Positions 1 through 10,028 of a DNA stretch of 28,312 nt are shown here, in pieces. The stretch covers positions 21,571 through 49,882 of the forward strand of contig PMWA01000045.1 of NCBI GenBank assembly GCA_003166335.1, written 5' to 3'. This DNA comes from Methanobacterium sp. Lineage in GTDB: Archaea > Methanobacteriota > Methanobacteria > Methanobacteriales > Methanobacteriaceae. A program made the translations under genes and the position numbers. The notes beneath the pieces were generated by a model. It was not told the DNA's origin. It worked only from the letters and a program-made list of their open reading frames with translations, and did no database searches. Within the stretch, counting starts at the first letter, position 1; each line of letters opens with the position of its first letter.

Positions 1-1
1 T

Positions 2-730
2 GAAAACAACCCTCTAAGACCAATGTCACCGTATGCAGTGTCCAAGGTTTATGGGGATTTTATGATGAGGAATTATTATCATTCTTATGATTTAAATACA
101 GTTGTTTCACGGGCTTTTAATCATGAAGGTGCTGGTAGAGGTTTAATGTTTGTAACTTCAGTGATAACTAGTCAGATAATGAAACTGAAATTTGGTGAAA
201 TAGATAAAATTAGAATTGGAAATATAAATGCTTTCAGGGACTGGTCACATGTAAATGATATTATAAATGGATATATCACCCTGGCAGAAAATGGAAATCC
301 CGGTGAAGTCTATAATCAAGGTTCTATGCGGACTAACTCTGTTTTAACTTATATATTAATTGGACTAGAAGAAGCAGGATGGAAAATAGATAAAATTGAG
401 ACTATGAACGGTGAAAAGAGTATTAAAAATCCGACTGAGATTGATAGTACCAAGATCTTCAATGTCAAATTCGATAAAACTAAGGTTGATAGATTGATGC
501 TTGAAGGTGAACTAGAATATTCATTAAATGATGTTAAAATCTATGTATATACTAATAAGGGTAAAATATACATTGAATTTAATCCTGATCGGTTCAGGCC
601 GGCTGAAGTTCCTATATTATTATCTGATACAGAGAAGATTCAAAAGAAGGGTGCGGTTATCCGACACACTCTCAATGATATTATTAAAGATCAGCTGAAT
701 TATTTCATTAAAAAAGAAAATAGAATTTAA
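2..730 (+). CDS. gmd: GDP-mannose 4,6-dehydratase, C-terminal part (5' truncated by the window edge)
   Basis: The frame is open from position 2 (ENNPLRPMSPYAVSK). It shows the SDR catalytic YxxxK (YAVSK) and the GMD-like motifs FNHEG, GN-x-x-x-x-RDW and RFRPAEV. Confidence 0.85.
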   Translation, partial: ENNPLRPMSPYAVSKVYGDFMMRNYYHSYDLNTVVSRAFNHEGAGRGLMFVTSVITSQIMKLKFGEIDKIRIGNINAFRDWSHVNDIINGYITLAENGNPGEVYNQGSMRTNSVLTYILIGLEEAGWKIDKIETMNGEKSIKNPTEIDSTKIFNVKFDKTKVDRLMLEGELEYSLNDVKIYVYTNKGKIYIEFNPDRFRPAEVPILLSDTEKIQKKGAVIRHTLNDIIKDQLNYFIKKENRI

Positions 731-895
731 TTACGGGATATTATTCCTTTATTATTTAATTAAATCTCAATTAATTATTCAATTTTGGTTCTGTCTATAT
801 TATATTAAATAACACTATTTTCAAAATCCTCTATGAATTTTGTATAAATTTGGAAATTTATCTAAACTTAAAATTTATAAAATCCGGTAATTTAA

Positions 896-2047
896 ATGGA
901 ATCAATAAAACCAAAATTAACTAAAATACATTTTCCAAATAATCCTTTAGTTTCCATTATTACTCCAACTTATAATCATGAAAAATTCATAGGAACATGT
1001 ATAGAAAGTGTTTTAAAACAAACTTATCAAAATTGGGAAATGATTATAATTGATGATGGTTCTACAGATAAAACAAGCGTTGTGGTGGCCAAATACACTG
1101 ATGATAGAATTAAATATGTAAAACAAGAAAATTTAGGTATTTGGAAACTTAACGAGACATATAATAAAGCTTTAGAAATGTCAAAGGGAGATTTAATTGC
1201 TATTTTAGAAGGGGATGATGCATGGCCTAATTTCAAATTAGAAGAACAAGTAAAGATCTTTGAGAAAAATAATGTAGTATTAAGTTGGGGTAGAAAGAAT
1301 AATATAAATGATAAGAATGAAGTTATTGCATTTGACCTTCAAAGTCTAAAAAATTTTATAAATATGCCTCAAGAAGAAATAATGAGAAATCTTATCATAG
1401 AAAATTTTCTACAACCTTGTACTGTTATAATTGATAAAAATGCTTTATTGTCGATTGGAGGTTTTTTACAGGATAAAAATGCACCGTTTGTTGATTATAC
1501 CACTTTTTTAGAACTTAGTTTGAAAGGCAGATTTTATCCATTGGACAGAGTATTAGGTTATTGGAGGAAACATAAATCACAGGTAACTACTACAAATGAA
1601 ACTGAAGTAAATAAAGCTTTTATGATTGCTATAGATTTTTATGAAAAATTAGATCCTTCAATAAAAAATAAAATAAATTTTAATATTAATGATAAATTAA
1701 ATTTTTATAAAAATAAATTAAATGATCAAATTGCAGTATATGCTCGAGTATCTTTAATAGAAGGTAATTGGAATGAAGCATTAATCCAATATAAAACTTT
1801 ATTCCGTAAAGGTAATTTTTCAATTAAATTACAATCCTTTATGGGGATGATTTGTGCTATTTTTAGAAAAGATTTTGAATGGGTATCCGTAATAACGTGC
1901 AAACCGAAGTTACGTGGTAATTCAGGGGAATGGGATTCAACATTATATGATGATAATAAAAATTTATTTATATTCTTTAAAATTCAAATTTTTATTTTTA
2001 AAGTTTTTTTAGGATTAGATCTAAATGAATATTTCATAGATTTTTAG
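896..2047 (+). CDS. Glycosyltransferase family 2 protein
   Basis: GT-A motifs PLVSIITPTYN, CIESVLKQTY, IIIDDGSTD and LEGDD, with a helical C-terminal extension. Confidence 0.9.
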   Translation: MESIKPKLTKIHFPNNPLVSIITPTYNHEKFIGTCIESVLKQTYQNWEMIIIDDGSTDKTSVVVAKYTDDRIKYVKQENLGIWKLNETYNKALEMSKGDLIAILEGDDAWPNFKLEEQVKIFEKNNVVLSWGRKNNINDKNEVIAFDLQSLKNFINMPQEEIMRNLIIENFLQPCTVIIDKNALLSIGGFLQDKNAPFVDYTTFLELSLKGRFYPLDRVLGYWRKHKSQVTTTNETEVNKAFMIAIDFYEKLDPSIKNKINFNINDKLNFYKNKLNDQIAVYARVSLIEGNWNEALIQYKTLFRKGNFSIKLQSFMGMICAIFRKDFEWVSVITCKPKLRGNSGEWDSTLYDDNKNLFIFFKIQIFIFKVFLGLDLNEYFIDF

Positions 2048-2115
2048 GTATAATTAGATACTTTTTTATGAGAATAATAATTTAAAATTTAGTTTTTAAT
2101 CAATCGTTTTTATAA

Positions 2116-2484
2116 TTAACTAATTTTTTTATTCTCTTCATCTTTCTTAGATTCAATGTTTTCTCTTTGAAGTGCAATTTCTCTTACGAGATGTGTTATT
2201 TCCTGTTCAATATTTTCTATCATATTATATATTTTGAAGATGAGATAATAACAGCCTATGATTCCTAGAATGAATATTAGATCTAATCCTCGACCTACAC
2301 CAGTGAGGCTTGCAAATTCTCCTGTAGATCGAGGGAATATTGATATTATTATTATTAATATCCATATGATATTCCAAACTAGAAGCATGCCTAGGGACAT
2401 TTTTCCTTCTCTAAATCTTAATAAAGTGAATATTATACCTATAATTCCTATTAGAACTCCGATGTATTGATATACCATTACCAT
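2116..2484 (-). CDS. DUF2304-family small membrane protein
   Basis: Three hydrophobic segments, a GVGRGLD motif and the C-terminal [14 protein letters not shown]. It lies directly downstream of a DPM-synthase-like GT2, the usual context for this family. Confidence 0.8.
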   Translation of the reverse strand: MVMVYQYIGVLIGIIGIIFTLLRFREGKMSLGMLLVWNIIWILIIIISIFPRSTGEFASLTGVGRGLDLIFILGIIGCYYLIFKIYNMIENIEQEITHLVREIALQRENIESKKDEENKKIS

Positions 2485-2521
2485 TCTTAAAAACTCCTGA
2501 AAACAAATTTTATTTATTTAA

Positions 2522-3256
2522 TTATTTTAAAATTTCCCTTATCATTTTAACAAGTATTTTAAATCCTATTTTGGCATTAGTTCCTTTGGAGAGGGAATAA
2601 TCCGTGTAAATAGTCTCAATAGGCACTTCTTCCATTCTAAGATTTTTGTGTTTAATTTCTCTTATAATTTCTGAAGAAACCCCGTATTCTCTTGATTCAA
2701 TATCGAGGGCTTTAGCTGCTTTATTATTAAAGGCTCTCAAGCCTGACTGTGAATCTTTAACATTTGCATTGTAGAAAATTCTAGTGATTAAATTCATTAT
2801 TTGATTAGATCGTTTTTTATGTTGAGGCATTTCATTAAAATCACGTATTCCTATAACGACATCGGCTCGTCCTTCTATTATAGGACGACAAACTGGAAGT
2901 ATATCTTCCGGGTTATGCTGGCCATCAGCATCGAATGTCACCATAATGTCAGCGTTTTTATTAAGGGCTGCTTCAATACCTGTTTTAAGAGTAGCACCCA
3001 ATCCTCGATTTATAGGATGTTGATAAATATAACCTCTTCCGGGATGATTTTTTATTATATCTAGAACTATCTGGTAAGTGTTATCCCTTGATCCGTCATC
3101 TATCACAATCAGATTCAAACCTAGATTAAAGAGGTCTTTTAAAACTTTACCAACAAATTTTTCTTCATTGTAAGCGGGTATAATCATCCATATCTGTAAA
3201 TCTGATTCAGGAAATAATTTATAAGAATCAGGTTTTTCATCGGTTTCAATTAGCAT
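2522..3256 (-). CDS. Glycosyltransferase family 2, dolichyl-phosphate mannose synthase-like
   Basis: Motifs [29 protein letters not shown] and DSQSGLRAF. Confidence 0.9.
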   Translation of the reverse strand: MLIETDEKPDSYKLFPESDLQIWMIIPAYNEEKFVGKVLKDLFNLGLNLIVIDDGSRDNTYQIVLDIIKNHPGRGYIYQHPINRGLGATLKTGIEAALNKNADIMVTFDADGQHNPEDILPVCRPIIEGRADVVIGIRDFNEMPQHKKRSNQIMNLITRIFYNANVKDSQSGLRAFNNKAAKALDIESREYGVSSEIIREIKHKNLRMEEVPIETIYTDYSLSKGTNAKIGFKILVKMIREILK

Positions 3257-3481
3257 ATTATTCTCCGAAATTTGATTTATTCTTCTTTTATAAGTTAAAT
3301 CAAATCATAAGAATTTATTAGGTTTAAATAGTTCGATATTCAGTTTTTTATTCTTAAAATTTTCAATATTTTTTAATAAAAATATAGTCATTAAACGATA
3401 ATTAAAGTAAAATTAGTCTATTTTTATTTGTTAAAAATAAATTTATACATTTATTCATATTACTGGATTATTATTTTAATT

Positions 3482-4069
3482 CTAAAGCTTTACTAATTTA
3501 GTTGCTAGTTCAGCTACCCTTTTTCCTAGATTAATTGAAGTCATTATTCCATGTTCATCTTGTTTAGTGTCACCTACAACTCCGCCCATGCCTGTTCCAC
3601 CATAATGAGCTAGAGGAGCACCGTCACCAACTATTATAGCATCATGTATAAGCAGGAATTCATGCATGGCCGATATAGTTGTTTCTTGGCCACCATTTCG
3701 TGATGCACCTACACTAATCGCTCCTGCGACTTTATCTTTAAGTTTAAAGTCAATTCTCAAGGGACGTGAACGATCCATAAAGATTTTCATTTGTGAAGTT
3801 ACATTTCCAAAATATACTGGACTGCCTAGAATTAATCCATCAGCTTCCCCCAATTTCTGAGTTATATCTTGCATATCATCATATATAGCACATTCACCAG
3901 TGCTTTTGCATATTTCACAGGCTATGCAGGGTTCAATTTCAGCTGAACCTAAATTTATTAAATCAGTTTCAGCACCAACTTCTTCAGCTGATTCTAATGC
4001 TTTTCTTATAAGAATTTCAGTATTACTTCCATTTCTCGGACTTCCTATAACTCCAATGATCTTAACCAA
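3482..4069 (-). CDS. Iron-sulfur flavoprotein (Isf-like, flavodoxin fold)
   Basis: FMN loop [11 protein letters not shown]2CX2CX5C cluster motif ([13 protein letters not shown]), GSPVYFG and RNGGQE. The start is placed at TTG 4069, behind a GGTGG RBS, rather than at 4114. Confidence 0.88.
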   Translation of the reverse strand: MVKIIGVIGSPRNGSNTEILIRKALESAEEVGAETDLINLGSAEIEPCIACEICKSTGECAIYDDMQDITQKLGEADGLILGSPVYFGNVTSQMKIFMDRSRPLRIDFKLKDKVAGAISVGASRNGGQETTISAMHEFLLIHDAIIVGDGAPLAHYGGTGMGGVVGDTKQDEHGIMTSINLGKRVAELATKLVKL

Positions 4070-4254
4070 ACTTCCACCATCCTCTATAAAATATACAATT
4101 ATATATATGTTCAAATATATGTTTATCTTCTAAAAACTTAAACGATTACATTAATTAATTAAATTTTTTTACACTTTTAATATTCTTCAAAAGATTTTAA
4201 GTTTTTTAAATTAATTAAAAAATTTATAAAGTTTTTTTGTTAAAAAAAAAGGCC

Positions 4255-5547
4255 ATGAATAATCAAGTAAATATGGAAACCCTTACTTTACCAATAGAAC
4301 TATTGAATATGGTAAGTAATTACTTCAAGAGGGAGAAAGAAGGAGATATAACTGCTAGATCTAGTGCTACAAAGTATTTAAAGAATTTTTTGATTGAAAC
4401 TTCTGATGGATCTTACACTTTGAAGTCAAGTGTAATTAATGGTTCATCTGAAACAATGCATACTCATCATGGTGCAGTGGAGGAATCTATCCAGAAATAT
4501 ATAGAACCATCAGGTTTAAGAGATAAACTCACTTCGAAAGATGAAATTCGTATATTAGATACTTGCAGTGGCTTAGGTTACAATGCAGCAGCTGCTCTAG
4601 ATTTATGGCAATCTATCCCTAATAATTGTAAAATTAAGTTGGATATGGTGGAAATATCCAGAGAAACTTTAGCTATCACTCTTCTAATACCTAGTCCTTT
4701 AAGAGCTTATGAAATAATTAAAAAAGCAGTGGAAGATGAATTATATCAGGAAAAATTTCTCTCATTAAGATACGAGAGAAATGAAACACCGGAAAATGTA
4801 GATATTAACATTTATTGTGAGGATGTCCGTGAACTTATAAAGAATTTATTAGAGAATAAATCATCAAAGACGGAATCAAATAAGTCCTTAATTAATGAAG
4901 ATAATGATGGAATTTATGATATCATATTTCTTGATCCCTTCAGTCCTCAATTAACCCCTGAACTTTACACTCTGGATTTCTTTAAATCTTTAAAACAGGT
5001 TATGAAAACGGATGGTCTTATTTTAACCTATACTTCAGCAGCTCCTGTTAGATCAGCGTTTATTGAAGCTGGTTTCAATGTAGGTGAGGGACCCCGATTC
5101 GGTAGGAAAAGGGGTGGCACTATAGCTTCTATTTCCACTGAATTAATCCTTAAAGACTTATTAATGGAAGATGAAAGGATGATTGCTTTAAGTGATGTGG
5201 GTGTACCTTTCAGGGATCCTCATCTTAATAGTAATAGTCAATATGTTAAGGAGAGGAGGAGTAATGAACGTGAATTATTAAGAATTAAGAAAATGAAATT
5301 TGCATCCACTGTTAAAACACCAGTATATCTTTTAGAAGATTTGGAGGATGGCAGATTAAAGCGCAGAGTCCTGAAAAATCTTCATAAAATGGGTTTTGAG
5401 GACTTAAATTCATCGGAATTCAGGTATGTGTTATGCCCACAATACCCAAAATGTATATGTGGGGAAGGATGTGAATCATTCGATAATTCACGTGAAAGAG
5501 TAAATGAAATGAGTCATCGATTACATCAAGTGATTAAAAAAAGATAA
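4255..5547 (+). CDS. MnmC/MnmD-like SAM-dependent (tRNA) methyltransferase with Cys-rich C-terminal extension
   Basis: Motifs T-x-DGSYTL, HGAVEES, SAM-binding ILDTCSGLGYN, DIIFLDPFSP..PELYT and TYTSAAPVR. The start is uncertain (TTG 4237, ATG 4255 or ATG 4273). Confidence 0.8.
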   Translation: MNNQVNMETLTLPIELLNMVSNYFKREKEGDITARSSATKYLKNFLIETSDGSYTLKSSVINGSSETMHTHHGAVEESIQKYIEPSGLRDKLTSKDEIRILDTCSGLGYNAAAALDLWQSIPNNCKIKLDMVEISRETLAITLLIPSPLRAYEIIKKAVEDELYQEKFLSLRYERNETPENVDINIYCEDVRELIKNLLENKSSKTESNKSLINEDNDGIYDIIFLDPFSPQLTPELYTLDFFKSLKQVMKTDGLILTYTSAAPVRSAFIEAGFNVGEGPRFGRKRGGTIASISTELILKDLLMEDERMIALSDVGVPFRDPHLNSNSQYVKERRSNERELLRIKKMKFASTVKTPVYLLEDLEDGRLKRRVLKNLHKMGFEDLNSSEFRYVLCPQYPKCICGEGCESFDNSRERVNEMSHRLHQVIKKR

Positions 5548-5826
5548 ATAAGTAATTATAATAAATATAAAAATTTTTTGAAATAAATAATTTTTCTATT
5601 TCAAGATTAATGGGGAACTATCGTTTAATAATTGAATTGAAACCTTATTAGATTTTTTTGTAATAATCTATTTTATATAAAAATTATTAACTTTATAAAT
5701 AAAATTAAATCTTATTAAAAATTGATTTTCAAATAAATTGATTTTTTTAGGGATTACAATCTATTGTGTTATTAAGCTAACAGATTTAAAACATTATCAT
5801 GTAGTTAATCCTGAAATAAATTAACG

Positions 5827-5834
5827 TTTATATA
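5827..5834 (+). promoter_or_regulatory. Probable archaeal TATA box for the tgtA operon
   Basis: TTTATATA about 70 nt upstream of the tgtA GTG, with an AGGTG RBS just before the start. Confidence 0.5.
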
Positions 5835-5904
5835 ATTCTTTAATGAACTAAAATTTTAATTAAATTGTAAATTTGAAATTTTTTAAAATAAGGTGTAAAA
5901 AAAA

Positions 5905-7908
5905 GTGAATTTTGAAATTAAATATAAAGATGCTCGAGGAAGAGTTGGAGTACTTAAAACTCCCCATGGAAAGGTTAAAACTCCCGCTTTAATGCCAGTA
6001 ATTCACCCGGGAAAGCAAACACTGGATGTCAAAAAGTTCGGAGCAGAAATAGTCATAACCAATGCTTACATAATATACAAAAATATGGATCTAAGAATTA
6101 AAGCTCTAGAAAATGGAGTTCACAATCTCATAAATTTCACCGGACCTATAGTAACCGATTCAGGTTCATTTCAATTATCCGAATATGGAGATATAGACGT
6201 AAGTAACCAGGATATCATAGAATTCCAGGAGAAAATTGGTGCAGATATAGGCACATCCTTAGATATACCCACACCACCATTCGTGAAACGCGGAAGAGCA
6301 GAAAAAGAACTGGAAATAACCATTAAAAGAGCTAGAGAATCATTAAATGTTAGACAAGATATGATGCTCAACTCAGTAGTTCAAGGTTCCACATATTTGG
6401 ATTTACGTGCTAAATGTGCTCAAATTATAGGGGACATGGATTTTGAAGTCCATCCTATAGGTGCTGTGGTTCCTTTAATGGAATCATACCAATACTCCAC
6501 TCTTCTCGATGTAATCATGTCTTCTGTGGATAATCTTCCCGATTCTAGGCCTAGACACCTCATGGGTGCAGGACATCCGATGATATTCGCTTTCGCTGTG
6601 GCTTTGGGTTGTGACTTGTTTGATTCTGCAGCTTACATCCTCTACGCACAGGATGACAGGTTATTGATGCCGAATGGAACATATAAATTAGAAAATTTAT
6701 ATGAAATGCCATGTTCATGTAAAGTATGCTCTAACTACACTCCTGACAACCTGCGAAGCATGGAAAAGAATGAAAGAATGAAGTTTATAGCCGAGCATAA
6801 CTTAAATATAAGCTTCGCGGAAATTCGATTAATTAAACAATCCTTAGCCGAGGGTAGTTTATGGGAATTAGTCGAACAACGATGCAGAGTACATCCTTAC
6901 CTTCTAGAAGCTTTGCGAAATCTTAAAAAATATACGTCTAAGATTGAAAAATATGATCCCTCTTATAAAAAATCTGCCTTCTTCTACTCAGGATCTGAAT
7001 CATTGCAGAGAGTAGAGATACATCGCCATCTGAACAGATTAAAAAGTTTACCCACATCAAAACGTTTATTGATACTCCCACCAAGTGTAAAACCTTATTC
7101 CAAAAATATTTCTTTGGATATAAATAATTTTTATTCTAACATTGAAAATCTAAACTTAAATGAAGTTCTAAGAGCATCTGATGATTTACAGGTGGCTGTA
7201 GTTGATGTTCCATTTGCAGTAATTCCATTGGAAATTGATGAAGTGTATCCTCTAGCTCAAAATGAATCACCATCAACATTGGATGAAGATGCTAAAAAAT
7301 TTGTAACTGGAATCTTAAAGAATTACCTAGATAATTATGAAGAGGTTATTATAAGTGCAGATATTATAAAAATGTTTGAAAATTCCTTAGAATCTTCTTT
7401 AAAGTCTCAGTTAAAATTTGAATATAATAATTACTCTTTAAATATTGATTTAGGTGATAAGCGGAGAGTTAGGTATATTGCGGATTATCAGTTTGGATCT
7501 GGTTCTGGGGAAGCTCTTTTTAGTGGGGATATAAATATAGTTAAAAGTAAGAAAACAGGTAAAATAAGACATGTTTATGATAAAGAAGAACTTATTGCTA
7601 CTTTACGTGCCAGTGATGGTGTTCTTGTATTAGGAAGGGAGGGAGCCCTTCGTTTGCATAGGTATCTTCCTTATCCACATAAACGAGTTATTGTAAATGA
7701 AGAAGCTGAACCCTTCGCAGTGGAAGGAAAAAGTATATTTGCTAAATTTATAATAGATTGTGATAGTAATATAAGGGCTAGTGAAGAAATATTAATCGTG
7801 AACTCAAAGGATGAATTACTAGCCTTTGGAAAGTCAATTTTATGTGGTCCTGAAATGATAAATTTTAAAACGGGACAAGCTGTAAAAACGAGGAAAGGAG
7901 GCTTTTAA
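5905..7908 (+). CDS. tgtA: Archaeosine tRNA-guanine(15) transglycosylase (arcTGT)
   Basis: TGT barrel motifs TPALMPV, TDSGSFQ, HLMGAGHP and DLFDSAAY; Zn site CSCKVC...H; IADYQFG; C-terminal PUA domain (GKSIFAKF). Confidence 0.97.
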   Translation: MNFEIKYKDARGRVGVLKTPHGKVKTPALMPVIHPGKQTLDVKKFGAEIVITNAYIIYKNMDLRIKALENGVHNLINFTGPIVTDSGSFQLSEYGDIDVSNQDIIEFQEKIGADIGTSLDIPTPPFVKRGRAEKELEITIKRARESLNVRQDMMLNSVVQGSTYLDLRAKCAQIIGDMDFEVHPIGAVVPLMESYQYSTLLDVIMSSVDNLPDSRPRHLMGAGHPMIFAFAVALGCDLFDSAAYILYAQDDRLLMPNGTYKLENLYEMPCSCKVCSNYTPDNLRSMEKNERMKFIAEHNLNISFAEIRLIKQSLAEGSLWELVEQRCRVHPYLLEALRNLKKYTSKIEKYDPSYKKSAFFYSGSESLQRVEIHRHLNRLKSLPTSKRLLILPPSVKPYSKNISLDINNFYSNIENLNLNEVLRASDDLQVAVVDVPFAVIPLEIDEVYPLAQNESPSTLDEDAKKFVTGILKNYLDNYEEVIISADIIKMFENSLESSLKSQLKFEYNNYSLNIDLGDKRRVRYIADYQFGSGSGEALFSGDINIVKSKKTGKIRHVYDKEELIATLRASDGVLVLGREGALRLHRYLPYPHKRVIVNEEAEPFAVEGKSIFAKFIIDCDSNIRASEEILIVNSKDELLAFGKSILCGPEMINFKTGQAVKTRKGGF

Positions 7909-8262
7909 ATGATACCTGGCGCAGGTATGAATCCTAAACAATTAAAACAAATGCAAAAAGCTATGAAGCAGATGGGCATGGATATGAAAGACGTGAAAGG
8001 AGTCAGCGAAGTTATCATAAAATTTAAAGATAAAGAACTCCTTATAATAAATCCTAAAGTCAATGTAACGGATTTCATGGGTCAACAAACTTATCAAATA
8101 ACTGGTAAAGCTAATGAAAAGAAAATCGAAGTTGAATTAGAAATTCCAGAAGATGATATTGAATTAGTATCCGCTCAAACCGGAGCTAGTAAAGATGAAG
8201 TTATAAAGGTTTTAAAAGAAACACAAGGAGATCTTGCAGAAGCCATCATGAGGTTAAGTTAA
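7909..8262 (+). CDS. nac: Nascent polypeptide-associated complex protein (archaeal NAC)
   Basis: MNPKQLKQMQKAMKQMG, a NAC beta domain and a C-terminal UBA-like EDDIELV...GDLAEAIMRL. Confidence 0.96.
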   Translation: MIPGAGMNPKQLKQMQKAMKQMGMDMKDVKGVSEVIIKFKDKELLIINPKVNVTDFMGQQTYQITGKANEKKIEVELEIPEDDIELVSAQTGASKDEVIKVLKETQGDLAEAIMRLS

Positions 8263-9018
8263 ATGGCTTTAATAGCACACATCTCCGATTTACATGTAGG
8301 CGCATTAGCATTTCATGAAGAGCTTTTAAATAAAGCTATAAATGAAATTAATGAAATGCAACCAGATGTAACTATAATAACTGGAGACATAACTGAAAAT
8401 GGATACTACATGGAATTTGAAAGAGCAGCATGGTATTTAGATAATATTGAAACACCTATGTTAGTAGTTCCCGGAAATCATGATGCTAGACATGTAGGAG
8501 ACCAGTGCTTTGGAGAATTAATTGTAAATCGTTTCGACACCTTAAAATTACATAAAAAAGGTATAAAAATAATTGGACTGGACAGTACTGAACCCGATTT
8601 AGATTATGGTAAAGTCGGTAGAACCCAACAGAAATTTATGCAGATCGAACTTGAGAAAGCTCAAAAAGATAACTTATATTCAATTATAGCCTTACATCAT
8701 CACATTATACCAGTACCTAAAACCGGCCGAGAAAGGAATGTTTTAAGTGATGCTGGAGATATACTACAATCAATAATAGAAGGAAGCGCTAATTTAGTGC
8801 TTTCAGGTCATAAGCATATGCCTCACGTATGGATAATGGGAGGTACAACATTTGCCACTGCAGGAACAGCTTCATCCCTAAAGTTAAGAGGAAAAGAATT
8901 TGCATCATATAATACTGTAGAAATAAATGAAGAAAATATTAAAATTATGTTAAGGAGTGCAAATGGGAAACATAGAATACTAGCAGAATATGAGAATAAT
9001 TGCAAGGTGATTAATTGA
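8263..9018 (+). CDS. Calcineurin-like metallophosphoesterase, Icc/CpdA (cyclic-nucleotide phosphodiesterase)-like
   Basis: All five metallophosphoesterase motifs are present: HISDLH, ITGDIT, PGNHD, LHHH and LSGHKH. IIGLDS..P....G.VG..Q is typical of CpdA-like enzymes. Confidence 0.88.
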   Translation: MALIAHISDLHVGALAFHEELLNKAINEINEMQPDVTIITGDITENGYYMEFERAAWYLDNIETPMLVVPGNHDARHVGDQCFGELIVNRFDTLKLHKKGIKIIGLDSTEPDLDYGKVGRTQQKFMQIELEKAQKDNLYSIIALHHHIIPVPKTGRERNVLSDAGDILQSIIEGSANLVLSGHKHMPHVWIMGGTTFATAGTASSLKLRGKEFASYNTVEINEENIKIMLRSANGKHRILAEYENNCKVIN

Positions 9019-10028
9019 AAGTTATGGTCGATGCATCCAATGTAGCCCATTACGGGAGGAAGAAAGATGGGAAACCTCGTTTAGATAACATCCAAAAAGC
9101 AGCGAAGGCCTTAAAAGAATTAGGATACGAGCCAATTCTAATAGCGGATGCATCATTAAGACATGAAATAGATTTCAAAGAAGATTTTAATAAGCTTTTA
9201 GACACCGATGAAATTAAACAGGTTCCCTCAGGCACCACTGCGGATCACTTCATACTAAAAATAGCTGAAGATGAAGACGCGAAAATATTATCTAATGACG
9301 TATTCAGAGAATACAATGATGAATTTCAGGATATTAGTAGCAGGAGAATACCTTATAGCTTCAAAGATGATAACATAATCATCGGAACTTCTTCTAAGCC
9401 AAAAAAAGTGAAGAATATTTTACAGAAAATATGCAGTTATACCCTATCAGAATTTGAAAATAAGGGTTATGATACTTATAAATTAAAAAAGAATAAGAAA
9501 CTGAGTGGAATAGCTGTTGCTAAAGAAGCAATTGATAGAATAACTAACGCTGATAATGATTCATCCCTTGAAGATACACTTTTGAAGATACCCTTCTTTG
9601 GTAGGTTCATGAGTTTAATGGAAGAGGATAAAACCAGTGATTTTATAATTTTCGTTTTAGTTAGCCCTAGAGATTATAGGGATGCAGTTAAAAATGCAGG
9701 TAACATAGCAGTTACTGTTGGAGATCGTTTAAAATTGGATCATGCGCCTTTAGTGGCTGTTCGAAATGATCTTTTCACTAGACCGGGTTCATTTGAAATT
9801 AATATTATTTATTCTGATGAAATATTGGAAGAATCTCCATTTAATGTAAATGTAACCATTAATGATCATGATTATGCTTTTGTTAAGAAGAATTCTCGCA
9901 ATATAGCTAGCACAGTAGCAGCAAGACTTGGCACCTGGAAATTCCCTATTGTAGCAGTTAAGCCGAGTATGCTTATGGAAAAGCCAGGACACTTTGACAT
10001 TACGTTAGAGAAGGGTGGAGAAAAATAA
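9015..10028 (+). CDS. Zc3h12a/Regnase-like NYN (PIN) ribonuclease with duplicated C-terminal domain
   Basis: N-terminal VMVDASNVAH, ADHFILKIA and KILSNDVFRE match the Regnase-type PIN motifs (IDGSNV, DDxFI, VSNDxYRD). The TTG start overlaps the upstream stop (TTGA). Confidence 0.82.
   Translation: MKVMVDASNVAHYGRKKDGKPRLDNIQKAAKALKELGYEPILIADASLRHEIDFKEDFNKLLDTDEIKQVPSGTTADHFILKIAEDEDAKILSNDVFREYNDEFQDISSRRIPYSFKDDNIIIGTSSKPKKVKNILQKICSYTLSEFENKGYDTYKLKKNKKLSGIAVAKEAIDRITNADNDSSLEDTLLKIPFFGRFMSLMEEDKTSDFIIFVLVSPRDYRDAVKNAGNIAVTVGDRLKLDHAPLVAVRNDLFTRPGSFEINIIYSDEILEESPFNVNVTINDHDYAFVKKNSRNIASTVAARLGTWKFPIVAVKPSMLMEKPGHFDITLEKGGEK

Noticed and set aside
1195..1225. EGDD in place of DxDD in the GT2
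   Set aside because: This is a common variant in GT2 families and not evidence of inactivation.
5749..5813. Possible GGATTA/TAATCC stem upstream of tgtA (riboswitch-like?)
   Set aside because: It is only about 6 bp, lies upstream of the likely TATA box, and shows no preQ1 riboswitch consensus.
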